Below are positions 38,801 to 51,833 of a DNA stretch of 64,000 bases, one piece after another. How positions within the stretch are numbered: the first letter of the stretch is position 1; each line of letters starts with the position of its first letter. Position numbers and translations under genes: made by a program. Location of the stretch: the NCBI RefSeq assembly GCF_000150275.1, contig NW_002060950.1, forward strand, positions 980,106-1,044,105. Reading direction: 5' to 3'. The notes under the pieces were generated by a model, which searched no databases, was not told the origin of the DNA, and saw only the letters and a program-made list of their open reading frames with translations. The DNA is from Trichoplax adhaerens. Its lineage: Eukaryota > Animalia > Placozoa.

Positions 38801-41800
38801 ATCGACAGACATGTTCCTTATGCAAAAAAATTCTATCATCTAACCACTGGTTCATCGATATTATAAGTACGATCAAACGATGCTAGTGGTTCATGGCTAT
38901 CCACGAGTGTGGATCCATCAACGTCGCTGATCCACATCTTTTCTACTCTAATAGTCAAAAAATAGTCCAATTTCTCTTTGCTTACTGATTCAATCTATCA
39001 TTAGCTCTCGATATCTACTCCATAACGCATATAAACTATTCATCAGTCTGATTGGTGGCAATGTAGCAGATAGAAATCTTTCTTCTTCTTTCAAATTCTG
39101 CCTATTCCTATTGATTTCCTGTTGGCCCTCGATGTCAGTTAATGGATTCATCTAAGGTAGCCGATACAAGTCTTTCCTTTTTTCAAAACATTCTATCTAT
39201 GCCTGTTCATCGACTATTGGCCTTCCATCTGCGCTAATCGATTCATCAGTCTGATTGAATGGTAAGGTAGCCGATACAAGTCTATCCTTTTTGATCTACG
39301 TTGGCCCTGCATGTCCGCTAACCTATTTATCAGTCGCATTGGACGACAAGGTAGCCGATGGAATTCTTTCTTTTTCTTGAAAAAAGAATAGAACTGTCTT
39401 TATCCTTATTGATGTAGCATTGGCCTTCCATGTTGGATAATGGATTTTATCAGTTCCTTTGGACGGTAAGGTAGCCGATAGAAATGGTTTTCATTCATGA
39501 AAAAGAACCTGTCCCCATCCCGATTGATTTAGCGTTGGACTTGCATGTCCGATCATGATTAATCTATTCATCAGTCCCGTTGGATGGCAAGGTAACCGAT
39601 AGAATTCCTTGTTGTTGTTGAACAAAAATGACTGTACCTATCCTTCTTCATTTAGCCTCCCATGTCTGATAATAATAATGTATTCATGAGTCCCATTGGA
39701 TGGTAAGGTAGCCGATCAAGATGATTCTCATTTCTTGAAAAGTAATATTATATAATAATTTTCCCTATTGATCTAGCGTTGGTCTTCCATGTCCGCTATA
39801 TATACAATCAGTCCCATTGGACGGTAAGGTAGCCGATGCAAATCGTTCTCATTCTTAAAAATAAATAAATTGTACCTATCCCTACTGATGTAGTATTGGC
39901 CTTGCATGTCTGCCAATCTATTCAGTATCCTCATTGGATAGAAAGGTAGGCGACCGACGATTTTCTTGATGGCGAAAAAATGATTTTACCTATCGCAATG
40001 GCACTGATGGCGTCCAGTGCGCCATGACTACCGAGTTGATTTAGTGGACAAAAGGATTGTTCTCCCCCCGTATGAAGGAAAGGAAAAAAAAATAGTAGCA
40101 ACCAATGGATTAAATATCCATTGCTGGACTTATTGAAGGATAGGATACAATCAGAATTCAAAGACGATCTGGATAATTTGTTGAAAGGTGATGATCATTG
40201 ATACGGATGGAAATTCAACGATAGCCATGATCGGCCATCCAGTCCGGCAACAAGTAAAAGGGAAGCTTGTAATTGACACATTTAATTTTATTTTCATTGA
40301 TCGCCAGGGGAAATAGAATAACAAAGACTTGACAAATCTTCAAATAGCCAAAGGAAAAACAATTTCTGCTTGCAAAAAATGCTATCGACTGCAATCGATC
40401 CTACTGATCCTAGCCAATTCAGCTTGAATTCTATAGCAATGGTCGAGAGAAGACGGATGATGAGTTATCCCAATCCATCCATTCATTTTTTTTTCCCCTC
40501 CTGAATTATGACAGTAATCATTTTTTTTTTAGCCCTCCTGCTAGTTTATTAAAAGAATAATAAGAAGATGCTTGATGATTGAATAAGATGGTCAATATTA
40601 GACAAGTCCCAGTGTTCAGTTTAGGCTATCCACTGAAGTAGGATATGAATTGAATCGGTAGAGAGGAAAAAAAAAGGCAGAGAGAAAAAAAAATCAATGA
40701 AGGAAAGAAAAGATTCCCTTTCTCCTCCGTACTTAGAATATGAATTTGTAATAGTATTGATCTTGTCGACAGCTGCAATATCAATTGGATTTACAGTTAT
40801 TCTCCTTGAAAATAAAAATGCCTGGATTAGGCGCTATTCTATCTACCAATACTATCATAAGGTAGAAAATACATGGACTAGACTCCATGCAAAAACTGCC
40901 TCCATTTTTATAAACTGCAAAAGTCAATGGCATCATTTTCTATCGCTTAACGACAACGATATTCAATACTTGAATTGGAAATTAGCAAGAGTTTTCAGAA
41001 AAAAAATTCCAGCCCCAGCTGTTGTAAGGCAATATCCTAGTAATGGGCATGAATTAGCATAGCGTAATCCATCTTGTTAGCATAGTCATCACCATTACCA
41101 TCAAAAGAGTCCAATTCTACTGTCATCATTATCATGGATTAATTAATATGATTATTCATTGGATATGGAGTCCTACTGGTTTTTACATCGATCCCTGTCC
41201 TATTGAAAGGATCGACGGATTGAACATGATGTTTTCAATTAATTGACTACAAGGTTATCGACAAATGGGAGTAGATGTCCATTTATCATGGAAAGGCTAA
41301 CCATAGAGATAGGCATTACAAGCTCTATCATAGAGTATGGGGGGGGGGGGGGGGGGGGAAAAGCAATTTGAACTTTCATCTGTTTGAAAGTAATGCATTA
41401 CACCAGTGCCGAAGCAAACTGGAGGAATGGCTGACTATCCATACTGTGGCATCAAAAATGAATGAAATTGCAACTAAATCGCGTATTTTATCCACCTTGG
41501 CCTTACAGGATTAAAGCATCAAAGAGCGATCAATGAATTGCTTCGCTGTAAAATCAATCGATCAACTTTCATCCATGTAAGAGTGGTAAAATATTGTCTC
41601 TACTACAACAATCTTTCACGTGTGGAGTAGCTACAACGGATGTCAGAAGAGATTGAGTAAAAATAATGTTGACGGCATAACACGGGTGTAAAAAATCATC
41701 CAACTCAAAGTAGCGATAGAGAAGATGGTGAAAACTACCATCGCAAGTTATTTTGACCATTTCTAAACATGGTCCAAATAATATTGCCCAATCTAATTTC

Positions 41801-44688
41801 AATTGCAAATTGGACTAGGACAACAGGCGGATAAATGAAACTATCCAAAATCGAATCCACATTGGAATTGGATTGAGCTAACTACAAGCCAATGTTACAT
41901 GATGGCTTTGAAACTAGTTCTTGATATCAATTAAGACGATAACACAAAATAAAGTCTAATTCTATGCCAATTTGGGTGTAAAATCAATCTAAAATGTTGT
42001 TGATGTAGTAATCCTAGTCTGATAGGAAAGAATAATATTACACAAGTGAAAGATATCCATTGCTTCCTTTTCTCTTCTTTTGGGGGGGGGGGCAAAGTTC
42101 AATAGTAATTGCAACTATTATTCCTATTTTTAGACGATTTTAGCGAAATCTTTTTCTCCAATAATTTATTGCTATCAACAAGAGCATTGGATTTTGACTT
42201 TTCCATTACCTTGATTGGGAAAATCCCTACTACGCGTACTCCACTCTTGGCCATTTTATTTTTCTTCCATTGGCAGTAAATATAGGATCAAAGGGGGGGG
42301 GGGGAAAATGGGAAAACTAAAGGCAGCCTAAGTCGTCATAATAGCAATTCAAATGAAAATACTACGTACTATTTTATCATGAAGACTTTATTGATGTTGA
42401 AATCAATAGATCCGACAAGAGTAATACAGCAGGGATATAAAGGAAAAGTAAGAAAATGCCATTTTATTTTCCGCTTTTTCATTTCGGGGGGGGGGGATGT
42501 CGACATGATTGCTGTATTAGAATGCGATCTTTTCTATCAATGAGAAAATCATCCATCACCATGATTATGAAATATTAAAATGGTGTAAAAGTCAATCATT
42601 GGTTGTTTTCCTATCAAGTGGGTTAAAGATATTGAAAGTTGCTTTTACTGTTGATGTTTTTTCAAAGGCCGATATAGCACTACTGTTGTATGTAGGTGTA
42701 CCATTTTTTTTTTCTCTGCGAGACAATTACTGTCGATAAAAGGGTTAAAAAACGAAAGAGAAAGGAACTGGCTATCCACCACTCTCTATCTCTGATCAAG
42801 GTAGTAGAAGGCCAATCTAAAATAAAAGCCTTGACGACTGAAAGATGATGGGGATAGGAGGGCAGTATTTTTCAAAAGTGTGCCTAGAGGCTCGGGTAGA
42901 AAATTGGAAAAATTGGGCATAGACATTTTCTCTGTATGAAAATCATTTTGTATGTGATGTCTAGAATGAGTATCGTTGTTGATCAGTAGGAGTTCAATCT
43001 TTTTCGATCTGTTTACCCTTGTCAATGGAATAGTAGAATAGGGGTAAGGGGGAATATTCAAGAAAAATACATACAACAACCGTTAAGAGAGAGAGAGGAA
43101 AAAAAAAACCCCCTGGATCGAAACAGTGGACCCCAACAGGGAAATGAAGATTGGAATACCCTATCTTTTGGTGCGTTTCTATGCCATCATGTCTGACTAT
43201 AACCTTTTTTGGGGGTGATTAAAGTAGACTATTGGACATGAATCAGTAGACACAGTTGATAGAATGGATTGAGAGCATTACCAAGGTGAAATCAACATCT
43301 TTCACAAGTGATTGGGGAAAGGATTTAGCGTTATGTTGTGGACTTACCCTGACGGTATTTAATGCACTGTTGAGTTCAGCAACAGAAAATGCTTTACCAC
43401 TGGATGGATTGGACACGTAAGTGGATGCTGCTGCTTCATCACTTTTACTGTCATAATTTGCTATCGGTGCACGACCAACTGAAAATGGAGAACGATTTCG
43501 ATGAGATCTTGCTAGCGATGGCATATTGGCAGGCCTTGTTCGATGATTGCTATTGGCCGTGTTGAGTAATGGTGGTGGTGCGCCTGGCGGTGGATGGCCA
43601 CCGTTGGAATTGCGCTGTTGCTGTTGTTGCCAATTTTGTAATTTCCACGTTGGTGAAGCATTACCAGCATGATTCCAATTGCCACTAATAGGATTGGTGG
43701 TGATATTTTTATTCTGCATACTACCGACAGCGTTGACAACGGAAGGTGGAAATGGTTTGCGCCGTTGTCCAGGTGGAACTCGTCGATGATTGTGCTGTTG
43801 CTGGTGTTGGCTAACGACCAAGGGTGAAAATTGCGTCAAATGTGCTGGATTATTTAAGGACGATGATGACGATGATGATGGCGGCGTTGCTGTATAAGGA
43901 AATGCATGATTAGTGTTGTTATTATTGCTATTATGATGATGATGATGATGATGATTAGGATTGCTGTTGCTACTGCTACTACCACTACCATGATTGCTGC
44001 TATTGCTGTTATGGCGGCTATGCTGATTGGAAGTGATGGTTGGATTAACTACGGCAGCGCTTGCAGTTGGCCCAGTGGTCGCGTTGTCATCGCCAGCAGT
44101 AGACCAATAAGTTGGCATTGAAGAATCGAGTAAAGCAGTGGAAGTAAATGGTGTTGCAGCATCGTTGTGCTTGTTGCTATTGCTATTGGCATGATGATTG
44201 CTATTATTATTATTATTATTATTGCCAGTGGTATTGGCGCTGGAGTTATTGCTACCACTGGTGGCAGAAATCGTCTCGACAGCGGTCGGAGACGATGTCG
44301 TTGTGCTATTTTGCATAGCCACTAAAGGATAGTGATGACGAGGACTTGGATTGCTACGATGATGGTGTGGACTGCCACTTTCCAGTTCTCTTGCTTGAAT
44401 GTCGATCGTCAATGCAGTCTTGTGTTGGCGATCGATTGGTTGTGGATCACTACTTGTAGGATGATTTGGATCAATTGGCGATGAATCAATACTGGAGTCG
44501 ATAATCATACAATAAATTGTTTGATTTAGCCAAAGAGGAATTTCACTTGCAGTACAAGGTATTTCGGTTGAAATGGCGCTTTGCTTTTTCTTGCCAACAA
44601 GAAATGATAGTGAATGGATTGTCTGATAGGAATGATGATAATTTCTTTCTGTTATGACTGTGCTATTTCTTGGACTAGGATCGGACAT
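32893..44688 (-). CDS. CPEB2/3/4: Cytoplasmic polyadenylation element-binding protein, CPEB2/3/4 (Orb2) subfamily; 8 coding exons
   Basis: Large low-complexity exon (start ATG 44688, alternatively 44508 or 44316, to donor 43348), then intron 35453-43347. Following exons: [114 protein letters not shown]; ZZ domain CDHCQGARCGGKFAPFFCSNVTCLQYYCEHCW..VPFRWS*. Confidence 0.95.
37008..37285. repeat. Degenerate ~95-bp tandem repeat (3 copies) in the CPEB intron
   Basis: GAAATT..ACCATT...TTAGT and ATCAAGTCTGATAT blocks recur. Confidence 0.6.
39040..39955. repeat. Array of 9 diverged ~85-120-bp units with a conserved fold-back core
   Basis: AAGGTAGCCGAT is exact at 39154, 39264, 39348, 39468, 39705 and 39826, with variants at 39060, 39589 and 39943. 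Most copies are preceded by TTGGCCTT(C/G)CATGTC...TCATCAGTC...TTGGA. Confidence 0.88.
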
Positions 44689-46578
44689 GGAAGAAATCCT
44701 CCAATCTGTTCCATCAGTTTGAACGTGGAGAGAGAGAGAGAAAAAAAATACAATATTAATTTCTACGTACACATTGTTGGACTAGCTAAAGGTACGCGCA
44801 TTGTTACAGTTAATTAATCCATCTCGATTTGGTGTGTGTATGACATATAGACATTGATCGATAGTTTATGCAAGAACAAGTGGAAGGAGAGAGAGTGAAT
44901 AACAAGTCGCCCCCCTCCCAAAAATGAAGATCATCTCCATTTTTAAAAATGCAACAAAAACGCTCAACAGAAGATCCTCCAGTACAGTAGTGCATTTTGG
45001 GGGTTGCTTGGCAAGATGTTGTATCAAGTTATGGCGTGGATCAACAATAAAAGTGAGAAAAAGTCATACCGTATGTACATTACAAGTGGATGACGATTGT
45101 ATAAACTGGAGAGAAAAAGCCACTTGACGACTAATGGATGTATAGTCAATGAAACGGCTTATACCTCGAGGAATGACAAGATAGTCATGATCGGCTGCAT
45201 TACAAGATTGGATGGCGACATGAGAATTGAATGATCCAGTTGGGGTACTGTGCGATCATGTTGGTATTGTATGACAGAATTGCTGTCCATTTCACAGCTG
45301 GTGTTTTTTATTGGATCCATGAGTAGCGCGCACCTCCAATCGATTCATGGATGTTATTTGTCTATTGGATTAGGAATTGACGACAACTGTCGATCGTTAT
45401 TGCTGATCGTCCAACTGGTATTCAAGCATCAAGACTACTTGGTCAATGTGGACTAGGGTATGATGATGATGATCAACCGATGATTGATTATCACTTTCTC
45501 ACTCTCTCTCTTGTCCCCCCTCGGCATGTCCAAGACTGTCATGGCAGTATTGCCGAAAATGGTCGGCGTAGACGGCTACAAGACACTACTATCATCGATC
45601 CTCTCCACTTGAAAAAATGAATGTGCTATGACAAGTGGAAAGTGCGACAGCTCGTCGACTGTATGCATCGATTGCTGAACACCAACTGGGACAAAAAAAT
45701 GAAGAGAAAGGGAAAAAAAAAAAAAAGATTGAAAACATGACACAAGAATGAATTGCACACATGGATGATCCAATGGCCAGTTGGATGGTAAGCGCATACC
45801 TAGACCGTATTGATTTGCTAGCGTCCCCAAGCCAATGGATGTTGATCTCCGTAATAGGAGGAGAGCAATTGCGTTGTTGAAAACGTTGGAAATGGCCGCG
45901 TCTCCACTCAACTCTCTCTCTCCCTCGACCGACGATGTAAATCAATTGAATGCAAGACACCAAGTAGGAAAATGCCAATGTGAAGTTTCCAAGATAGCAG
46001 GTGCGTTTAAATATTCTTCCAATTAATGAAACAACAAAACAAAGAAATGGAGAATCATTTTTATATTTACAAGCTGGATTGGAAATTGAAGAGGGTTATT
46101 ATTATTTTCAATTTGCAGTATTGTATGTTGAGGTGGAGCCAATGGCAGTGGCCAGCGCTAGTCACATGATGCATGCAGTCTAGTTTCAACAATAGCCTGG
46201 CCAGCAAATCATCTGTGACAGCAGTAGGCTCTCATTCATTATGACGATTGGACTCTACTGGCGCTTACAGTGGTTGCTACTGTAAGAAATGGATACCAGC
46301 GTAAGGCTGCGTCTACAGTCTGCAGTCCAGGACTGTAGGCCACAGTACTTGGACATGGGACATCTTCTATTTTTAGCACCGGCCAATCTTTTGTTCAACA
46401 CCACTGGCTGAATGAGGCGACACATCCCAGTTTTGTACCATACCGTACTACAGTGTCTTATACTGTACAGTAGACACGCGTACTGTAAAAAGTGCAAGGA
46501 AATCCAATTCATTTTGCACCACATGACGGATAAATCGGATCAGCTTCCATTGCATTTTCTCCTTGACCAATCCAATTT

Positions 46579-47553
46579 NNNNNNNNNNNNNNNNNNNNNN
46601 NNNNNNNNNNNNNNNNNNNNNNNNNNNNNNNNNNNNNNNNNNNNNNNNNNNNNNNNNNNNNNNNNNNNNNNNNNNNNNNNNNNNNNNNNNNNNNNNNNNN
46701 NNNNNNNNNNNNNNNNNNNNNNNNNNNNNNNNNNNNNNNNNNNNNNNNNNNNNNNNNNNNNNNNNNNNNNNNNNNNNNNNNNNNNNNNNNNNNNNNNNNN
46801 NNNNNNNNNNNNNNNNNNNNNNNNNNNNNNNNNNNNNNNNNNNNNNNNNNNNNNNNNNNNNNNNNNNNNNNNNNNNNNNNNNNNNNNNNNNNNNNNNNNN
46901 NNNNNNNNNNNNNNNNNNNNNNNNNNNNNNNNNNNNNNNNNNNNNNNNNNNNNNNNNNNNNNNNNNNNNNNNNNNNNNNNNNNNNNNNNNNNNNNNNNNN
47001 NNNNNNNNNNNNNNNNNNNNNNNNNNNNNNNNNNNNNNNNNNNNNNNNNNNNNNNNNNNNNNNNNNNNNNNNNNNNNNNNNNNNNNNNNNNNNNNNNNNN
47101 NNNNNNNNNNNNNNNNNNNNNNNNNNNNNNNNNNNNNNNNNNNNNNNNNNNNNNNNNNNNNNNNNNNNNNNNNNNNNNNNNNNNNNNNNNNNNNNNNNNN
47201 NNNNNNNNNNNNNNNNNNNNNNNNNNNNNNNNNNNNNNNNNNNNNNNNNNNNNNNNNNNNNNNNNNNNNNNNNNNNNNNNNNNNNNNNNNNNNNNNNNNN
47301 NNNNNNNNNNNNNNNNNNNNNNNNNNNNNNNNNNNNNNNNNNNNNNNNNNNNNNNNNNNNNNNNNNNNNNNNNNNNNNNNNNNNNNNNNNNNNNNNNNNN
47401 NNNNNNNNNNNNNNNNNNNNNNNNNNNNNNNNNNNNNNNNNNNNNNNNNNNNNNNNNNNNNNNNNNNNNNNNNNNNNNNNNNNNNNNNNNNNNNNNNNNN
47501 NNNNNNNNNNNNNNNNNNNNNNNNNNNNNNNNNNNNNNNNNNNNNNNNNNNNN
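46579..47553. other. Assembly gap (N run)
   Basis: 975 N bases; ORFs spanning it are artefacts. Confidence 1.
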
Positions 47554-47702
47554 CAATTATTCTTCTTCATTCAATAGCACAATAACTCATCTAATGCTAT
47601 CTTCTCCTTTCGTTGTTCAAATCACAACACTTCAACTGAATGTTGCCTTGAATAATGTACCATGATCGATATCACTTAGTCCATGCAGCTCCATTCATCC
47701 AG

Positions 47703-48029
47703 CGTAAACTGTAATACATCGCATAACAACGTGCACTTGCTGCTTAGCAAGCAGCCATACATCGCATATTCTATAGTACTCCTTTCTTTGCTTAGCAAGC
47801 AGCCATACATCGCTTATTCTACAGTACTCCTTTCTCTCGTCGTAAACTGTAATACATCGCACAACAACGTGCACTCGCTGCTTAGCAAGCAGCCATACAT
47901 CGCATATTCTATAGTACTCCTTTCTTTGCTTAGCAAGCAGCCATACATCGCTTATTCTACAGTACTCCTTTCTCTCGTCGTAAACTGTAATACATCGCAC
48001 AACAACGTGCACTCGCTGCTTAGCAAACT
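47703..48029. repeat. 138-bp tandem repeat with internal 48-bp duplication, 2.4 copies
   Basis: CGTAAACTGTAATACATCGC recurs at 47703, 47841 and 47979. TGCTTAGCAAGCAGCCATACATCGC occurs twice per unit. Confidence 0.95.
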
Positions 48030-48099
48030 GCACCTTTATACTGTACTGTTGTTTTCGTCAACCCGTGATGTTCTTCATTGTCAACAATAGGCGTAAGTG

Positions 48100-51000
48100 A
48101 AAGTGATATTAAAGCATCGTCATAGGCCGATATCGAAAGCAGAAAGGGAGCGTTTTGTTCTGCTAACAGTTGACTCCAAGAAGCTGCAAATAGTCGTCCA
48201 TCTTCACCTTGTAAATTATCTTTCTTGCCACTACTTTCCTATAATCGGATACGTATTTTACTGCGAGACATTCATCCAATTTTTTATATACTGTACAGCA
48301 CAGACTACTAAAAGAAGGGAAAGGATGTACCGTTGTGCAGTAATAGGTACTGTTTCATGAATGACTGTACCCGACTACGTGTATTAGCATACACAGTATA
48401 CGAGAACTTGAACGACTAACTATCTGGTCTTTTACTTCAATTATCAACTAACATTAGCCAATAAATGATTCTATTCATGATAGCAATCAATTCACGTATA
48501 GCTATTCTAGACTAGGACTGTGTCGTAGGATTCGAATAGAAATGTTCTCCTGCATACAGGAGACCACTGATAAGCTGAAGCTTTTACAAATAAGCTCATC
48601 ATCAATCTCTTGCAAATGATAGGCCTAGTACAATGACTAGAAATTTGTATTGCACGACTTTATGAATTTTAAAGTCATTGATAATGACAATAAAGTACAT
48701 GTATACGTACGTATACTTGTAACATTGTAAGATCATTGCCACAATCTTATTCCAATCTTTAACCTGAACATAACTGAGTGTCGTCGATCTGAGAAAGGTT
48801 CGGAAGTGTGCAGTCCACTCTTTATTCCGAGTAGCCTTCCCACAAGTGATCGATATACACTAGATATTATAGACGTATGAGTATTACTAAATTACTAGCC
48901 AATGTGGCAATACAACTGCGGTATTGGTATTATACGATGATCATATCAGTTAGGCAGCTATGCAGTTTATTTGCCCTAATGCCTACAACGTTACAAGTCT
49001 ATCACAACAGGTTGTAGCGTAGCAAAGTAGGATTGTAAAGCTTCTCTTAGACTATAGTTCATTGATAAGTGAAGCAGTTTCTTCTTACCTGTATACTGTA
49101 GCTCTCATTGCTTCATTGATTGTTACACAAGCATGCAATGGTTGTCATCATATTAGATAGAGTAATCTCTCAACTGTCTAATTTTCAACCATGATGCAGC
49201 AAGTTAGGAAACCGCTATATCTATTCTTGATGATGGCTTAAGCTGCTCATTTTAGAACTAAATCATAAGCGCCAATACAACACTTGTGCTTATTGCATGT
49301 CGATTGAATCTTTAAAGGGTCCAAATTTACTGCAGTATTCTGCTACAAAATCGATTCAATCGTATACATGAATAATAGCACAGGTAGTTGAGGTAATGTA
49401 GCTTATGGTCTGATAAAGAGTTGGTATAAAACATTTAGTAAGAGACAGGTTTTTATGGATGAGCAAGATGAGCTGAGAGTACGAAAGTGAATCATTCAAA
49501 GAGTCAATGTACAGTGAACTAGAATACCTGCACAGAACTAATTGCTGCTAACGTCTGATTAGCCACTACTACAGTAGCCAAGTTATTTCTCTGTGATATG
49601 ACTCGGAGTCGAAATCGCGCAGCCTTCAAGCCTTTCTGAAATGGGTAAATCGATATCCATAGCCAGGCCATCGACATTACTAAACTCTATTCAAGTGCCT
49701 AACTGATTGATTGGTATATTCGTAATTAAGCTATTGGAAAAATTATCCCAATGGATTTACCATCAGACTGCTTGCTAAAACTACGTTTCTTCAGTACTCT
49801 TAGATGGCAGTGTTTTTGTATTGTAATTAAGCTACATAAAGCTTAACAGTACTCATACAGTATACCAGTATTACTTGTTGGAGTTTCTTACAGTGGCATC
49901 GATGTGATTATAGTTAGTTAGTTAGTTAGTTCTAGATTTCGTCCCACCAAAATATGTATCTCTACTCTCTAGTCATCAAAAAATGAATCAATAGAAGCAA
50001 CCTGATGCGCGATATCAATTATGGTGCAGGTACCACAAATTGAGTGCACTGCCACAAAACATCGAGGTTAACGCAAACGCAGAGTAAAGGCATTTTAGCT
50101 GGTAGCAATTTCGCCAGAGCGAAGCAAGTAAAACTAAAATTCCTTACAAACCCGAGGAATATGGTTAAGATGTCTTCAACGTTGTACTTTTATTGATTAT
50201 TAAGAATCCACGACAGCGGCTATCAGGCAGAATGGATGTGAGTTAAAGTGCACCTTCATTATTTCCAATTGTACTACTGCATACTCGGAATGAGTATTGC
50301 TGATGCTCGACTGAAGAGGTCTCTACAAATATGCGTACAGTCACTGTGAAAATCTGACCGTCGTCTTTAAATTCAGCCGGATTCCAGTATCGACTTACCA
50401 CGACTGCGAAATGTAAAACTAAAAATTGACAGTATGCTTTTACAGTACTATACTCGCGGCGTGTTGATTGATTCTGTTAGTCTTGCAAAGGTAAATCCGG
50501 TTGTTTCCATGATTGGATACCGTCTGAAATTTGTTAAGCTCTTTATATCAGCAATTCAGCATACGAGTATGGACGTAAGAAAAGTAGTTTTGGAGAATTG
50601 TGTAGGCAATCTTCTCTAAGATGAACATTTCAGCATCGAACTAACTAGAATACACGTATACAAGAGTTATTACAAGCTCATTCTTGTTGGTTTGTAAATA
50701 TCTAGCGCATATATAGCGTGTGTTAAAATATTCAGTCGAAAAAGTGGACAAAATGCAATATCATGGCGCACATGAGTTTTTAAAAGTATTTTAAAGGTTA
50801 CCAGCAGTAGAACAGTACAATAACGCGCGATTTTGGGGGATCAATTTTTCTCACTACTTGAACTTGTACTTGATATTAAAGGCTGTCTCATTTCCTTACT
50901 ATTCTAGCCATGGGCCCAAAATTACGTTCACAAGCTTACTCGTATCAAGACTGAACACTGCAAAAACTTTCGACTTTACTAATGTTGTCCACTAAAGGTA

Positions 51001-51350
51001 ATTGTGAATAAGTGCATCGACCTACAAGCATGGTACAGTATGTACTACAGTAGGCCGCTGGATTGTCGACTTGTATTTTTCAACAATACTACCGTTAGCA
51101 ATGAAAACATGAGACTTTATTTGAAGTATCATCTGCCTAGTTTGTAGCCTTCAATACGCCAACATGAATTCAAGGTTCAAAACTTGGAAAGTGATTCTTC
51201 ATATAAGGAGTCTCGTTTTGATGGCTATAAGTAGTCCGTCTTTCAAGGAGTCAAGTAGAGAAGGTAAATCAATATTTTCAGCGCTATTATTCCAGTGGTT
51301 GGGTCTATTGGCGGGGCTACAGTCAATTCTCTTCTTCCCCAGCCTAAAAA
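48100..51350 (-). pseudogene. Possible decayed adhesion GPCR with cadherin-like repeats and a GPS motif
   Basis: In transcription order: IDPTTGII + LD.ERRTTYS (from 51308), VFSLD, VQVQVVRKIDPP (50869-50834), KC.YW (~49285-49272), SNMMTTIACLCN (to 49122), TRPIICKRLMMSLFV (48629-48586; TM2-like), LFAASWSQLLAE (~48193-48158; TM3-like). Residual splice sites and many stops. Confidence 0.4.
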
Positions 51351-51490
51351 TGAAGAAAAAACTTGGACATTGAGCAGACTTTTAGTGCAATGGGGAGGCT
51401 GATTGCACAGCACGTTTTCTGCTCCATTAACGATGGAGGGAGATTGGGAGGATCGTATTTGGATGTGAGAGACGTTCCGGCCGGATCTTC

Positions 51491-51582
51491 TACAGTACAG
51501 TACAGTACCGTCTACAGTATGTACAGTAATGTACAGTATAGTACAGTACAGTATGTACTGTAGTGTGAAGTGACGTCACGTG
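51491..51582. promoter_or_regulatory. MARCHF5 proximal promoter candidate: (ACAGT)n tract + overlapping CRE/E-box
   Basis: GTGACGTCACGTG at 51570-51582, ~250 bp upstream of the ATG and directly after an ACAGT-rich tract. Confidence 0.5.
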
Positions 51583-51833
51583 TTGGTTGAGACTGCGCAC
51601 TGCATAGCCTAAAACCGTCCAATTGACTATACTGTACACTGTCCAGTCCAGTCAATAAAGAGACTGCTCGTATACTGACTGGTGATTGACTTTGGTCGCA
51701 AGTCGTTGTTCCTCTTTGCCAACTCGTCTTAACCCAATCACCTTCACGTGGATTCTAGAATTGATATAGTGACTTGCAATCATCTTGGTGTTTCTTATTT
51801 CGGACAAGCCAATTACAACCTATGCGATAGAAA

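Noticed and set aside
39040-39955. Hammerhead, HDV-like ribozyme or C/D snoRNA identity for the intronic array (CTGATGA on the minus strand)
   Set aside because: No GAAA core or proper stem I for a hammerhead, no HDV L3/J4-2 pattern, and no separated C and D boxes. Kept only as an unclassified array.
39040-39955. CRISPR-like repeat-spacer array
   Set aside because: Linkers are homologous to each other, repeats are degenerate, the context is eukaryotic and there are no cas genes.
46412-47665. Long ORFs of 338-417 aa
   Set aside because: They consist of N-gap translation.
47683-48090. Repetitive ORFs on both strands
   Set aside because: They are a by-product of a 138-bp (multiple-of-3) tandem repeat, with no domain similarity.
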